A DNA stretch of 19,374 nucleotides from Verrucomicrobiota bacterium (GTDB lineage: Bacteria; Verrucomicrobiota; Lentisphaeria; Lentisphaerales; Lentisphaeraceae), in assembly GCA_039798785.1 (NCBI GenBank), contig JBDKFG010000081.1, positions 1-19,374 of the forward strand, written 5' to 3'. The stretch's first letter is position 1. The number at the start of each line of letters is the position of its first letter. The position numbers were made by a program, and so were the translations under genes. The notes below the pieces were generated by a model that was not told the origin of the DNA, did not search any database, and worked only from the letters and a program-made list of their open reading frames with translations. This document shows positions 1-9,578 of this stretch, piece after piece.

Positions 1-2570
1 CCGAGCTGTGTGCCGGAAGAATCGAACCAGGTGTAGCTGACTGCACCGAGGCCATCGGCATCGGCGAGGCTGTGGCTGGCGCGCAGGATCTGGCCTTGCT
101 GGAGAGTGCCGGAAAAGCTCACTGCGCCGGTAGGGGTGTCATTGAGATTGGCGACGGCAGAGCTGAGTGCCGATAACACACTCTCCTGAGTGCCGTGGCC
201 GTCGACGTAAGCGGCTTGGAGTTTGAGCTGCTTGCCGACCAGAGACTCGGTGAGGAGCAGGCTGTCGCCGCTGCCGAGGGAATGGCCTTGAGCATCGAGC
301 CAAGCGTAGCTGACTGCACCGAGGCCATCGGCATCGCCAAGGCTGTGGCTGGCGCGCAGGATCTGGCCTTGTTGGAGCACGCCCGAGATGCTGATCGCGC
401 CGGTGGGGGCGTCGTTGACATTCAGGATGGATTCCGTCTCTTCCGAGCGGACCGTTTCGACGGTGCCGTTGCCGTCGACGTAAGTGGCCACGACATGGAG
501 AGATTTGCCGACAAGCTCCTCTGTCAGGAGCAGAGACTCGCCGCTGCCGACCAGACTGCCGTCCGAGTCATGCCAAGTGTATTCAAGAAGGCCAAGGCCA
601 TCGGCATCGTCGAGGGTGTTCGCCACCTGCAGCGATTGTCCCTGTTCCAGGCGGCCGATGATCCGGACATCCCCCGATGGAAGGTGATTGTCGACGGCGA
701 TCAATTCCGTCGCCAGAGAAATCACCTGCTCCTTATTGCCGCCAGCATCGACGTAGCTGACTCTGGCTTGGACTGAATGGCCGGAGTCAGCCCTTTGCAG
801 GAGATAAGTGCTCTCGGTGGCTTCGGGGATTTCCACGCCATCGCGGAGCCACTGGTAGTTCAAAACACCCATGCCATCGATGTCGCTGAGCCTGCCGGCA
901 TCGGCGTGGAGCAACCCGCCTTCCACCAAGACGCCTGACACGAGGAGTTCGCCCTCCACCACATCATTCACCGGATATACGAGGATGTTGATGGTCTGAT
1001 GCGAGACGCCGCCGTATTGGTTGCTGACGGCGAGAACGAAGGAATCGGAACCGTTGAAATTGCTATCAGGGGTGTAGCTGTAGGAATCGCCATCGATTTT
1101 CAACGAGCCGTTTTTCACATCGCTGACGAGGGTGCAGCTAAGTCTGTCACTGGGGTCGGCACTAGCGATCTTGCCGACAGCGCTTTGGTCTTCGTCGGTG
1201 AACAACGAGGCGGAACTGACAAGTACGGGCGCCTCGTGCATCTCGATGACCAGCTTGCCATGCAGGACGTCGACACCGCCGCCGAGATAGGAGAACTTGA
1301 GGTTGAAACGCGGTTCCGGATTGCCGTTGTTCGGCTCGTGGACAAAGCTGACCAGGCCGTCTTTGAGATCCTGCCAGGTGAAGGAGCTGACGGCGAGGCC
1401 TCCGATCTGGAAGCTGCCGTTGACGACGCCGGTGGCGCTGATCGAAACGCCGGAGGGTGGCGCAAGCGGATCGGCAATCGTGAAGAAGGAGTCGTCGAGC
1501 ACCCGGCTGCCATGAGAGAGCAGAACCAAGGGGCCGGCGGCTTCGGCTTGGGGCTTGTCGTTTTTCGAGACTTCAGAGTGCTTCACGGCGACCAGGAGAG
1601 TGCCGCTGGTGATGGCGCCATCGCCGTCATCGACGGAGTAGCGCAGGCTCGAAGCCATGTCTGCATCAAGCAGCCGGAGCTGCACCTTGCCGGCGAGCAT
1701 CTGGCCGTAGGTGAAGGAATGAGCCGACTGGCCGTCGACCTTGAGGAGGTAGGAGGCTTCGTCTGCATCCCAATCGAGACGGATGACGCTGTCTTGCGCA
1801 CGGCTGTCGGCATCGGTGATGCTGAAGCATTTCAGGCGGAGGTCCAGCCCTTCTTCCAGGATGACTCGGTTCGCCGTGACCACCGCCGTGTCATTCACTT
1901 TCTCATAGACCTTGCCGGAGAAGTCGATGATCTTGGTGGATCGGAGACCCTCAGAGTCTTTGACGGTGAGCGACAGGCCCGGGCGCTTTTCCGAGCCGTC
2001 ATGGACGAACTGGACCTGACCCTTCTCCAGTTGATCTTGGGTGAAGCCTTTGATCAGCTTGCCGTCAAGCCACTGCCCCTCGACCAGGATTTTGCCGCCA
2101 GTGACTTTGGCCGTGTAGACGGCCTGCCCGAGAATCCCCGCCGCCTCGTCCTCCTCATCCTGGAGCGAGATCATCGATCTCAGGTCTACCGTACCGCCTT
2201 CGTGGAGGACGAAATCCTTCTGGGTGATCACGGCCCGGTCATTGACGGCCCGGAAGCTCAAGTTCGAGCTTGAACTGGCGACCGAAAGCGATTCTTCTCC
2301 AAGCGTGGCGGTGAGGACGAAGCTTGGCGCGGTGCCGCTGCCGTCATGCAAGAAACTGACTTGACCATTCTTGAGCTGAGTCAAGGTGAAGGTGTCGGTC
2401 GCCACACCGTCGATCAGGAATTGACAGTGCCCCTGAGCGGAAACCGAGAACTCCACCGAGGCGTTGGCGGGAAGCTTGCCGAGCTTGACCCAGGATCCGC
2501 CGAGGCGGATTGGGCTGGGAGAGGACGATTCGCTGACGAGCAATTTACTAAGGGTGAAACTCAGTGACAT
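1..2570 (-). CDS. Large repetitive surface adhesin, 5' part only (856 codons in window, no stop before the left edge): 4 CSPG-type cadherin-like domains, one Ig/cadherin 'YTP..NFNG.DSF' domain, then at least 3.5 tandem ~91-aa Ig-like repeats
   Basis: Manual translation from ATG at 2570, with GAGG 6 nt upstream: MSLSFTLSKLLVSESS...FTLTQLKNGQVSFLHDGS...FTQDQLEKGQVQFVHDGSE...FTYGQMLAGKV...FTWQDLKDGLVSFVHE...YSYTPDSNFNGSDSF...NDAPTGAISISGVLQQGQILRASHSLGDADGLGAVSYAW...YVDGHGTQESV. I found no stop in this frame. The plus-strand ORFs 195-776, 999-2273 and 2346-2567 are its in-register antisense shadows. Domain names come from motif recognition, not an HMM run. Confidence 0.88.
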   Translation of the reverse strand, partial: MSLSFTLSKLLVSESSSPSPIRLGGSWVKLGKLPANASVEFSVSAQGHCQFLIDGVATDTFTLTQLKNGQVSFLHDGSGTAPSFVLTATLGEESLSVASSSSNLSFRAVNDRAVITQKDFVLHEGGTVDLRSMISLQDEEDEAAGILGQAVYTAKVTGGKILVEGQWLDGKLIKGFTQDQLEKGQVQFVHDGSEKRPGLSLTVKDSEGLRSTKIIDFSGKVYEKVNDTAVVTANRVILEEGLDLRLKCFSITDADSRAQDSVIRLDWDADEASYLLKVDGQSAHSFTYGQMLAGKVQLRLLDADMASSLRYSVDDGDGAITSGTLLVAVKHSEVSKNDKPQAEAAGPLVLLSHGSRVLDDSFFTIADPLAPPSGVSISATGVVNGSFQIGGLAVSSFTWQDLKDGLVSFVHEPNNGNPEPRFNLKFSYLGGGVDVLHGKLVIEMHEAPVLVSSASLFTDEDQSAVGKIASADPSDRLSCTLVSDVKNGSLKIDGDSYSYTPDSNFNGSDSFVLAVSNQYGGVSHQTINILVYPVNDVVEGELLVSGVLVEGGLLHADAGRLSDIDGMGVLNYQWLRDGVEIPEATESTYLLQRADSGHSVQARVSYVDAGGNKEQVISLATELIAVDNHLPSGDVRIIGRLEQGQSLQVANTLDDADGLGLLEYTWHDSDGSLVGSGESLLLTEELVGKSLHVVATYVDGNGTVETVRSEETESILNVNDAPTGAISISGVLQQGQILRASHSLGDADGLGAVSYAWLDAQGHSLGSGDSLLLTESLVGKQLKLQAAYVDGHGTQESVLSALSSAVANLNDTPTGAVSFSGTLQQGQILRASHSLADADGLGAVSYTWFDSSGTQL
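3..968 (-). repeat. Intragenic tandem Ig-like domain repeats, period 273 bp (first unit 279 bp)
   Basis: Unit-start motifs NDVV (968), NHLP (689), NDAP (416) and NDTP (143). Each unit has DxDGxG, YxW and, where complete, YVDxxG. DNA 33-104 matches 306-377 at 69/72 nt. Confidence 0.9.
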
Positions 2571-2610
2571 GGTGGGCCTCGCTTGTTTTCGATTAGATTC
2601 TCTTGTCTTG

Positions 2611-2640
2611 ATTATAGGCTGGGTGGCGGAGCGATTGCAA
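2611..2640 (-). promoter_or_regulatory. Putative sigma70 promoter of the adhesin gene
   Basis: Minus strand TTGCAA (2640-2635), N18, TATAAT (2616-2611), 40 nt upstream of the ATG. Confidence 0.65.
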
Positions 2641-2685
2641 GTTTTGGAAACGACCACGGCGCGAAAAAAAACGACCTGTGTCACT

Positions 2686-3026
2686 CGAAGAAACGAAGAT
2701 GCGAAGAAAGGCAGAGGCCACACATGGCACAATGAGCACAAAAGTAGAGAAGGTGAGCGGTCACCCTAAATTCCGCAGCAGCGGAATGGAACCAGGTTGA
2801 AAGGTTGGAAGGTTGAAAGGCAAATATATGAACAACAGCGACAAATGACGATTCTAGTTCGACCTGCATGACTGCCAGCCAGAGTTGCCCTAAAAACCGC
2901 AGTTGAAAGATTGGAAGGTTCAAAGGTTGAAAGGATCAGCTACAAAAGCAAGAGGTTATGGTGTTCGAGGGCGCTCGGTCACTCTGCCGATCACTCTTTC
3001 TGCCTTCTTCGGCGTCTTCTGCGGTT
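2686..3026. repeat. Cluster of five short tandem-repeat blocks with 8-9-bp units
   Basis: CGAAGAAA-like x3 (2686-2709); GCCACACAT/GGCACAATG/AGCACAAAA (2717-2743); GGTTGAAA-like x3 (2795-2820); GGTTGAAA-like x4 (2901-2934); minus-strand CGCAGAAGA/CGCCGAAGA/AGGCAGAAA (3023-2997). Confidence 0.75.
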
Positions 3027-3058
3027 CAATTGAGCTTGATTCGGATCAATACAGGTCG

Positions 3059-3091
3059 AAAAAAACCGCCGCCCCCTTGCGGGAGCGGCGG
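3059..3091 (-). terminator. Rho-independent terminator of gltBD
   Basis: Minus strand CCGCCGCTCCC-GCAA-GGGGGCGGCGG followed by T7, 22 nt after the gltD stop. Confidence 0.85.
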
Positions 3092-3113
3092 CTGGATTTT
3101 GCGGCGGGCGCGA

Positions 3114-4571
3114 TCAGACGCGGGGGAGGTCGCCTTCGCCCTTGCGGGGGAGGTTGGAGGAGCCCATCAGGTACTTGTCGACGTGGTAGGCGGCCTCGCG
3201 GCCTTCGGAGATGGCCCAGACGATGAGGGACTGGCCGCGGCGCATGTCGCCGGCGGCGAAGATGCCGGGGACGGAGGTGCGGTAGTTCTTCTCGTCGGCC
3301 TTGACGTTGCCGCGCGGGTCGATCTCGAGGCCGAGGTCGGCGATCATGGTGTCGGTCTCGGGGCCGACGAAGCCGAGGGCGAGGAGGGCCAGTTCGCAGG
3401 GCCATTCCTTCTCGGTGCCGGGGACTTCCTTGATCTTGGGGCCGGTCTTGGTGTGTTCGATCTCGACGCTCACGGTGACCAGCGACTTGAGCTTGCCGTT
3501 CTCGCCCTTGAATTCCTTGGTGGAGATCGACCAGAAGCGCTCGACGCCTTCCTCGTGGGAGGTGGAGGTCTTGAGGCGCATCGGCCAGAAGGGCCAGGGC
3601 TGGTTGGCGGGGCGTTCGGTGCCGGGCTTGCCGAAGAGTTCGAAGTTGGTGACCGACTTGGCGCCGTGGCGGCGCGAGGTGCCGATGCAGTCCGAACCGG
3701 TGTCGCCGCCGCCGATGACGATGACGTCCTTGCCGGTGGCCATGATGCGGCCCTCGATCTTGTCGCCGGCGTTGGTCTTGTTCTGCTGCGGCAGGAAGTG
3801 CATCGCCTGGACGACGCCCTCGAGGTTGGAGCCGGGGATGGTGAGGCCGCGGGCCTTGGTGGCGCCGCCGCAGAGGACGACGGCGTCGAAGTCCTTGAGG
3901 ACGACGGAGGAGACGGTGACGCCGATGTGGGCGTTGGTCTTGAAGACGATGCCTTCGGCCTCCATGACGGCGACGCGGCGGTCGATGACCGACTTCTCGA
4001 GCTTGAAGTCGGGGATGCCGTAGCGGAGCAGGCCGCCGACGCGGTCGGCGCGTTCGAAGACGGTGACCGAGTGGCCGGCGCGGTTGAGCTGCTGGGCGGC
4101 GGCGAGGCCGGAGGGGCCGGAGCCGACGACGGCGACGGTCTTGCCGGTGCGCTTGGCGGGCGGCTGGGGCTTGATCCAGCCCATCTCGAAGCCCTTCTCG
4201 ACGATGTGCTTCTCGATGGTCTCGATGGCGACGGCGGGTTCATGGATGCCGAGGACGCAGGCTTCCTCGCAGGGGGCGGGGCAGAGGCGGCCGGTGAACT
4301 CGGGGAAGTTGTTGGTGGCGTGGAGCTGGGTGAGCGCCTTGTCCCACTCGCCGCGCCAGATCATGTCGTTGAAGTCGGGGATCATGTTGCCGAGGGGGCA
4401 GCCCGCGGTGCAGACGGGGATGCCGCAGTTCATGCAGCGGCCGCCCTGCTTCTGCAGCTCCTCCTTGCTGAGGAGCTCGGTGAACTCCTTGTAGTGCTGC
4501 AGGCGTTCGGTGACGGGGCGCTTGGCTTCGACCTTGCGGGGGAATTCTTTGAATCCGGTGATTTTGCCCAT
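3114..4571 (-). CDS. gltD: Glutamate synthase small (beta) subunit, NAD(P)H-dependent, 485 aa
   Basis: [13 protein letters not shown] and [12 protein letters not shown]e-S motifs, [14 protein letters not shown] site, [35 protein letters not shown] upstream. Lies 24 nt downstream of gltB. Confidence 0.98.
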   Translation of the reverse strand: MGKITGFKEFPRKVEAKRPVTERLQHYKEFTELLSKEELQKQGGRCMNCGIPVCTAGCPLGNMIPDFNDMIWRGEWDKALTQLHATNNFPEFTGRLCPAPCEEACVLGIHEPAVAIETIEKHIVEKGFEMGWIKPQPPAKRTGKTVAVVGSGPSGLAAAQQLNRAGHSVTVFERADRVGGLLRYGIPDFKLEKSVIDRRVAVMEAEGIVFKTNAHIGVTVSSVVLKDFDAVVLCGGATKARGLTIPGSNLEGVVQAMHFLPQQNKTNAGDKIEGRIMATGKDVIVIGGGDTGSDCIGTSRRHGAKSVTNFELFGKPGTERPANQPWPFWPMRLKTSTSHEEGVERFWSISTKEFKGENGKLKSLVTVSVEIEHTKTGPKIKEVPGTEKEWPCELALLALGFVGPETDTMIADLGLEIDPRGNVKADEKNYRTSVPGIFAAGDMRRGQSLIVWAISEGREAAYHVDKYLMGSSNLPRKGEGDLPRV

Positions 4572-4595
4572 GGTGTGTTTCTCCTGTTCGTGGGC

Positions 4596-7500
4596 TTAGG
4601 CCTTGACGGCGCTTTGATCTTTGGCGAGGCGTTCGAGCGCCTTCTTGTAGTCGGTCGGCATGACCTTGACGAAGCGGGGGAGGATGCGGGCCCAGTCCTT
4701 GAGGATGCGGGCGGCGAGCTCCGAGCCGGTGAGTTCGGCGTGCTTGCTGATCAGGGCCTTGAGCTCGGCTTCGTCGGCGCCGGAGACGGCTTCGAGGCCG
4801 ACCATCTCGAGGTTGCAGCGCTGGGTGGCGAAGTCGCCGGCCTCGTCGAGGACGTAGGCGATGCCGCCCGACATGCCGGCGGCGAAGTTGCGGCCGGTGC
4901 GGCCGAGGACGACGACGCGTCCGCCGGTCATGTATTCGCAGCCGTGGTCGCCGACGCCTTCGACGACGGTGGTGGCGCCGGAGTTGCGGACGCAGAAGCG
5001 TTCGCCGGCGATGCCGCGGATGTAGGCTTCACCGGAGGTGGCGCCGTAGAAGCAGACGTTGCCGGTGATGATGTTCTCTTCGGCCTTGAAGGTGGCGGTC
5101 TCGGGCGGGCGGACGATGAGCTTGCCGCCGGAGAGGCCCTTGCCGAGGAAGTCGTTGGTGGCGCCGATCGAGGTGATGGTGATGCCCTTGACGGTGTAGG
5201 CGCCGAGCGACTGGCCGGCCATGCCGCGGAAGGTGAGCTGGATGCTGTCTTCGGGCAGGGCGGCGGCGCCGTAGCGGCGGGAGATCTTGCTGGAGAGGAT
5301 GGCGCCGACGGAGCGGTCCTCGTTGCAGATGCGGCCTTCCCACTTGACGCGCTGGTTCATCTCGATGGCGGGGCGGCAGATCTCGTGCAGGCGCTCGTCC
5401 ATGACGTTCTCCAGGCCGTGGTCCTGCTTGGCGACGTTGCGGCGGGCGACGGTGGCGGGCACTTCGGGGCGGTAGAGGATCTTCGAGAAGTCGAGGCCCT
5501 TGGCCTTGTAGTGCTCGATGGCCTTGCGCATCTGCAGCTTGTCGGAGCGGCCGATCATCTCGTTGACGCTGCGGAAGCCGAGCTGGGCCATGATCTGGCG
5601 CAGCTCCTCGGCGACGAAGCGGAAGAAGTTGACGACGTGCTCGGGCTTGCCGGCGAACTTCTTGCGCAGCTCGGGGTCCTGGGTGGCGACGCCGACCGGG
5701 CAGGTGTTGAGGTGGCAGACGCGCATCATGATGCAGCCGGAGGCGACGAGGGGGGCGGTGGCGAAGCCGAACTCCTCGGCGCCGAGGAGGCAGGCGATGG
5801 CGACGTCGCGGCCGGTCTTGAGCTGGCCGTCGCATTCGAGGACGATGCGGCCGCGCAGGTCGTTCATCACCAGGGTCTGCTGAGCTTCGGCGATGCCGAG
5901 CTCCCAGGGCAGGCCGGCGTGCTTGAGCGAGGTCAGCGGCGAGGCGCCGGTGCCGCCGTCATAGCCGGAGACCAGGATGACGTCGGCCTTGGCCTTGGCG
6001 ACGCCGGCGGCGACGGTGCCGACGCCGACTTCCGAGACCAGCTTGACGTTGATGCGGGCGCGGTTGTTGGCGTTCTTCAGGTCGTAGATCAGCTGCGCCA
6101 GGTCTTCGATCGAGTAGATGTCGTGGTGGGGGGGCGGCGAGATCAGGCCGACCCAGGGGGTGGAGTGGCGGCAGGCGGCGATGTCGGGCGAGACCTTGTC
6201 GCCGGGGAGCTGGCCGCCTTCGCCGGGCTTGGCGCCCTGGGCCATCTTGATCTGGATCTCGAGGGCGTTGGCGAGGTAGTGGCTGGTGACTCCGAAGCGG
6301 CCGGAGGCGACCTGCTTGATGGCGGAGTTGCGCCAGTCGCCGTTGGCGTCCTTGACGAAGCGGTTGGGGTTCTCGCCGCCTTCGCCGGAGTTGGACTTGC
6401 CGCCGATGCGGTTCATCGCGATGGCGAGGTTCTCGTGGGCCTCGAGCGAGATCGATCCGTAGGACATGGCGCCGGTCTTGAAGCGCTTGACGATCTCCTC
6501 CCAGGATTCGACCTCGTCGAGGGGGACCGGCTCGGAGGCGGCGAAGTCCATCAGGCCGCGCAGGGTGAGCAGCGTCTTGGACTGGTCGTTGATCGCCTTC
6601 GAGTATTCGGCGTAGGACTGCGGGAAGTCGCGGCGGACGGCGTCCTGCAGCTTGGCGACGGTGAAGGGGTTGAAGAGGTGGCGTTCGCCGTTGCGGCGCC
6701 ACTGGTATTCGCCGCCGACTTCGAGGTCGAGGTTGCCGGGGACGGCGACCTTGGGGAAGGCCTTGGCGTGGCGGGCGACGGCGTCGGCGGCGATCTCGGC
6801 CATGCCGATGCCGCCGATGCGGGTCTGGGTCTTGCAGAAGTGGCGGTCGACGACTTCCTGGTTGAGGCCGATGGCCTCGAAGATCTGGGCGCCGCGGTAG
6901 CTGTGCAGGGTGGAGATGCCGATCTTGGTCATCACCTTGACCAGGCCCTTGCCGGCGGCCTTGATGAAGTTCTTGACCGCCTTCTTCGAGTCGGTCTCGG
7001 CGAGGCGGCCGCTGGCGATCAGCTCGTCGATGGTCTCGAAGGCGAGATAGGGGTTGATGGCGGAGACGCTGTAGCCGAAGAGGGTGGCGAAGTGGTGCAC
7101 TTCGCGGGCTTCGGCGGTCTCGATCACCAGGCCGGCGCGGGAGCGGCGGCCGAGGCGGACCAGCGAGTGGTGCAGGCTGGAGAGGGCGAGCAGCGCGGGG
7201 ATGGGAGCGAGCTCCTTGTTGACGCCGCGGTCGGAGAGGATGAGGATGGTCTTGCCGGCATCGACGGCGGTGACCGCCTTGATCACCAGCTCTTCGAGGG
7301 CGCGCTCGAGGCCGAGGCGGCCGTCGGCGGCCTTGAAGAGGATGGGCAGGGTGACGGCGCGCAGGTCCTCCTGGTCGAGGGCGCGGAGGATCTCGAGCTG
7401 CTCGTTGGTGAGGATCGGGTCTTCCAGCTTGAGGCGGCGGGCGTGCTCGGGACCTTCATGGAAGATGTTGTGGGCCGAACCCATGTTGAGGTCGAGCGAG

Positions 7501-9140
7501 GTGACCAGCTCCTCTCGGATGCCGTCGAGGGGCGGGTTGGTGACCTGGGCGAAGAGCTGCTTGAAGTAGTCGTAGAGCAGGCGGGGCTTGTCGGAGAGGA
7601 CGGCGATGGGGGCGTCGGTGCCCATCGAGCCGATCGCTTCCTCGCCCTTGGCGGCCATCGGGCTGATGATGACGCCGAGGTCCTCCTGGGTGTAGCCGAA
7701 GATCTGCTGGCGCTGCTTCAGGGGCAGCTTCTCGACCGGCTTGTCGTACTTGACCTTCTCCAGCTGCGAGAAGCGGACGAGGTTCTCGTCGAGCCACTTG
7801 CGGTAGGGCTTGGACTTGCAGATCAGGGACTTGATCTCCTCGTCCTCGACGATGCGGCCGGCTTCCATGTCGACGAGGAACATCTTGCCCGGCTCGAGGC
7901 GGCCGTGCTTGGCGATGTTCTCGGGCTCGATGTCGATGACGCCGACTTCCGAGCCCATCACCAGCATGCCGTCCTTGGTGACGGTGTAGCGCGAGGGGCG
8001 GAGGCCGTTGCGGTCGAGCAGGGCGCCGACGTAGTGGCCGTCGGTGAAGGGGATCGAGGCGGGGCCGTCCCAGGGCTCCATCAGGCAGGAGGCGTATTCG
8101 TAGAAGGCCTTCTTGTCGTCGGACATGCCGCCGTGCTTCTCCCAGGCCTCGGGGACCATCATCATCATGATCTCAGGCAGGCTGCGGCCGGTGTGGGTGA
8201 GCAGTTCCACCGCCATGTCGAGCGAGGCCGAGTCGGACTTGCCTTCGATGATGATCGGGCTGAGTTTCTTGATGTCCTCGCCGAAGAGCTCGGAGGCGAA
8301 GAGCTCTTCCCGGGCCCGCATGCGGTTGACGTTGCCGCGCAGGGTGTTGATCTCGCCGTTGTGGCAGAGGTAGCGGAAGGGGTGGGCGAGGTCCCAGGTG
8401 GGGAAGGTGTTGGTCGAGAAGCGCTGGTGCACCAGGGCGAGGCTGGTGGCCATCTCGGGGTCGGCGAGGTCCTTGTAGAACTTGACCATCGACTCGGGCA
8501 TCAGCAGGCCCTTGTAGACGATGGTGGTGGTCGACAGGCTGGGGAAGTAGAAGAAGCCCTTCTCGCAGTTGTCGCTGCTCCAGACCTTGTTCTCGGCGAT
8601 GCGGCGGGCCAGGTAGAGGCGGGCCGCGAAGGTGCGGGCGTCGACGCCCTTCTCCTTGCCGACGAAGACCTGCATCATGAAGGGCTCGGTCTCGCGGGCG
8701 ATGCGGCCGACGGCGTCGCGGTTGACCGGGACTTCACGCCAGCCGAGGAGCTTGAGGCCCTCGGTCTCGGTGACGGCGGTGTTGAAGGCCTCGACGCAGA
8801 ACTGGCGCTGCTCGACGTCGCGGGGAAGGAAGACCATGCCGACGGCGTAGTCGCCGGCGGCGGGAAGGGTGAAGCCCTCCTCGAGGCAGCGCTTGGCGAA
8901 GAAGTCGTGCGGGATCTTGATCATGATGCCGGCGCCGTCGCCGGTCTCCTTGTCGGCGCTGACCGCGCCGCGGTGGGTCAGGCGCACCAGGATCTGCAGC
9001 GCCTTGTGGATGATGTCGTTCGACTTGCGGCCCTTGAGGTCGCAGACGAAACCGGCACCGCAGTTGTCGCGCTCGGTGTCGGCAGTGTACAGGCCGCGAT
9101 CGACCTTGTTCAATCCCAGTTCTCTGGCTCCGTAGTCCAT
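4596..9140 (-). CDS. gltB: Glutamate synthase large (alpha) subunit, 1514-aa precursor
   Basis: ERDN|CGAGF propeptide and catalytic Cys (codon 9062-9060), [48 protein letters not shown] 3Fe-4S motif, C-terminal GxxxG repeats. ATG 9140 is preferred over 9170 because AAGGAG lies just upstream of it. Confidence 0.98.
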   Translation of the reverse strand: MDYGARELGLNKVDRGLYTADTERDNCGAGFVCDLKGRKSNDIIHKALQILVRLTHRGAVSADKETGDGAGIMIKIPHDFFAKRCLEEGFTLPAAGDYAVGMVFLPRDVEQRQFCVEAFNTAVTETEGLKLLGWREVPVNRDAVGRIARETEPFMMQVFVGKEKGVDARTFAARLYLARRIAENKVWSSDNCEKGFFYFPSLSTTTIVYKGLLMPESMVKFYKDLADPEMATSLALVHQRFSTNTFPTWDLAHPFRYLCHNGEINTLRGNVNRMRAREELFASELFGEDIKKLSPIIIEGKSDSASLDMAVELLTHTGRSLPEIMMMMVPEAWEKHGGMSDDKKAFYEYASCLMEPWDGPASIPFTDGHYVGALLDRNGLRPSRYTVTKDGMLVMGSEVGVIDIEPENIAKHGRLEPGKMFLVDMEAGRIVEDEEIKSLICKSKPYRKWLDENLVRFSQLEKVKYDKPVEKLPLKQRQQIFGYTQEDLGVIISPMAAKGEEAIGSMGTDAPIAVLSDKPRLLYDYFKQLFAQVTNPPLDGIREELVTSLDLNMGSAHNIFHEGPEHARRLKLEDPILTNEQLEILRALDQEDLRAVTLPILFKAADGRLGLERALEELVIKAVTAVDAGKTILILSDRGVNKELAPIPALLALSSLHHSLVRLGRRSRAGLVIETAEAREVHHFATLFGYSVSAINPYLAFETIDELIASGRLAETDSKKAVKNFIKAAGKGLVKVMTKIGISTLHSYRGAQIFEAIGLNQEVVDRHFCKTQTRIGGIGMAEIAADAVARHAKAFPKVAVPGNLDLEVGGEYQWRRNGERHLFNPFTVAKLQDAVRRDFPQSYAEYSKAINDQSKTLLTLRGLMDFAASEPVPLDEVESWEEIVKRFKTGAMSYGSISLEAHENLAIAMNRIGGKSNSGEGGENPNRFVKDANGDWRNSAIKQVASGRFGVTSHYLANALEIQIKMAQGAKPGEGGQLPGDKVSPDIAACRHSTPWVGLISPPPHHDIYSIEDLAQLIYDLKNANNRARINVKLVSEVGVGTVAAGVAKAKADVILVSGYDGGTGASPLTSLKHAGLPWELGIAEAQQTLVMNDLRGRIVLECDGQLKTGRDVAIACLLGAEEFGFATAPLVASGCIMMRVCHLNTCPVGVATQDPELRKKFAGKPEHVVNFFRFVAEELRQIMAQLGFRSVNEMIGRSDKLQMRKAIEHYKAKGLDFSKILYRPEVPATVARRNVAKQDHGLENVMDERLHEICRPAIEMNQRVKWEGRICNEDRSVGAILSSKISRRYGAAALPEDSIQLTFRGMAGQSLGAYTVKGITITSIGATNDFLGKGLSGGKLIVRPPETATFKAEENIITGNVCFYGATSGEAYIRGIAGERFCVRNSGATTVVEGVGDHGCEYMTGGRVVVLGRTGRNFAAGMSGGIAYVLDEAGDFATQRCNLEMVGLEAVSGADEAELKALISKHAELTGSELAARILKDWARILPRFVKVMPTDYKKALERLAKDQSAVKA

Positions 9141-9226
9141 GGCTCTTCTCCTTGGCTGTTTCTCATTCAAGATCTGATTGTCACTGCGACACTGTATCCC
9201 CCTCGTGAATGCCGTCCAAAATTCCT

Positions 9227-9256
9227 ATTATACGGATTTCGTAAGGATTCCCTGAA
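9227..9256 (-). promoter_or_regulatory. Putative gltBD promoter (perfect -10, weak -35)
   Basis: Minus strand TTCAGG (9256-9251), N18, TATAAT (9232-9227), within an AT-rich intergenic region. Confidence 0.45.
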
Positions 9257-9515
9257 GCTCTTTCGAATTCCGTTTATTTCATAATCTAACTCATTTATTG
9301 AAAGCATGTAGCAAAAAAATGAATGCAGTCAAAAATCTTGTGTCATGGGAGTCATGGTGTGAGGACGCCAAAATTCCACGCGAACAAAAACGTAACAAGA
9401 ACTCAGAGTCATATCGATTTTGGAAATTTTAACGCAAAAACCATTAAACATCTAGTGCTGGTGATTCTTTAGTTGAGTGATGGGGGACAAAGATCACGCA
9501 TGATTCAGACGGGAG

Positions 9516-9540
9516 AGCCCCGGCCATGGCGGCCAGGGCT
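9516..9540. other. GC-rich hairpin downstream of the giant gene; possible terminator or stabiliser
   Basis: AGCCCCGGCC-ATGGC-GGCCAGGGCT, about 40 nt after the stop at 9579. There is no U-tract on either strand. Confidence 0.3.
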
Positions 9541-9578
9541 GTCAGCTTGGATAGACTTTCAACCTTGTCAACTCGGCT

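Noticed and set aside
195..2567. Plus-strand ORFs 195-776, 999-2273 and 2346-2567
   Set aside because: Antisense shadows of the minus-strand adhesin, whose frame carries the recognisable domains, RBS and promoter.
2795..2934. Mini-CRISPR array (GTTGAAAG resembles the ATTGAAAG/C repeat end)
   Set aside because: The units are tandem 8-mers. There are only two non-identical blocks ~80 nt apart, no regular 30-40-nt spacers and no cas genes.
9141..9170. Longer gltB start at 9170
   Set aside because: The extension encodes through the AAGGAG Shine-Dalgarno of the 9140 ATG. The shorter start gives a plausible 26-aa propeptide.
9141..9226. Glutamine (glnA-type) riboswitch upstream of gltB
   Set aside because: The conserved motif elements and pairing could not be found by eye. 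An Rfam scan would be decisive.
2958..9284. 2108-aa plus-strand ORF
   Set aside because: In-register antisense shadow of gltD and gltB, which share a frame (24-nt gap). GC-rich coding strands avoid TTA/CTA/TCA, leaving the opposite strand stop-free. No recognisable motifs.
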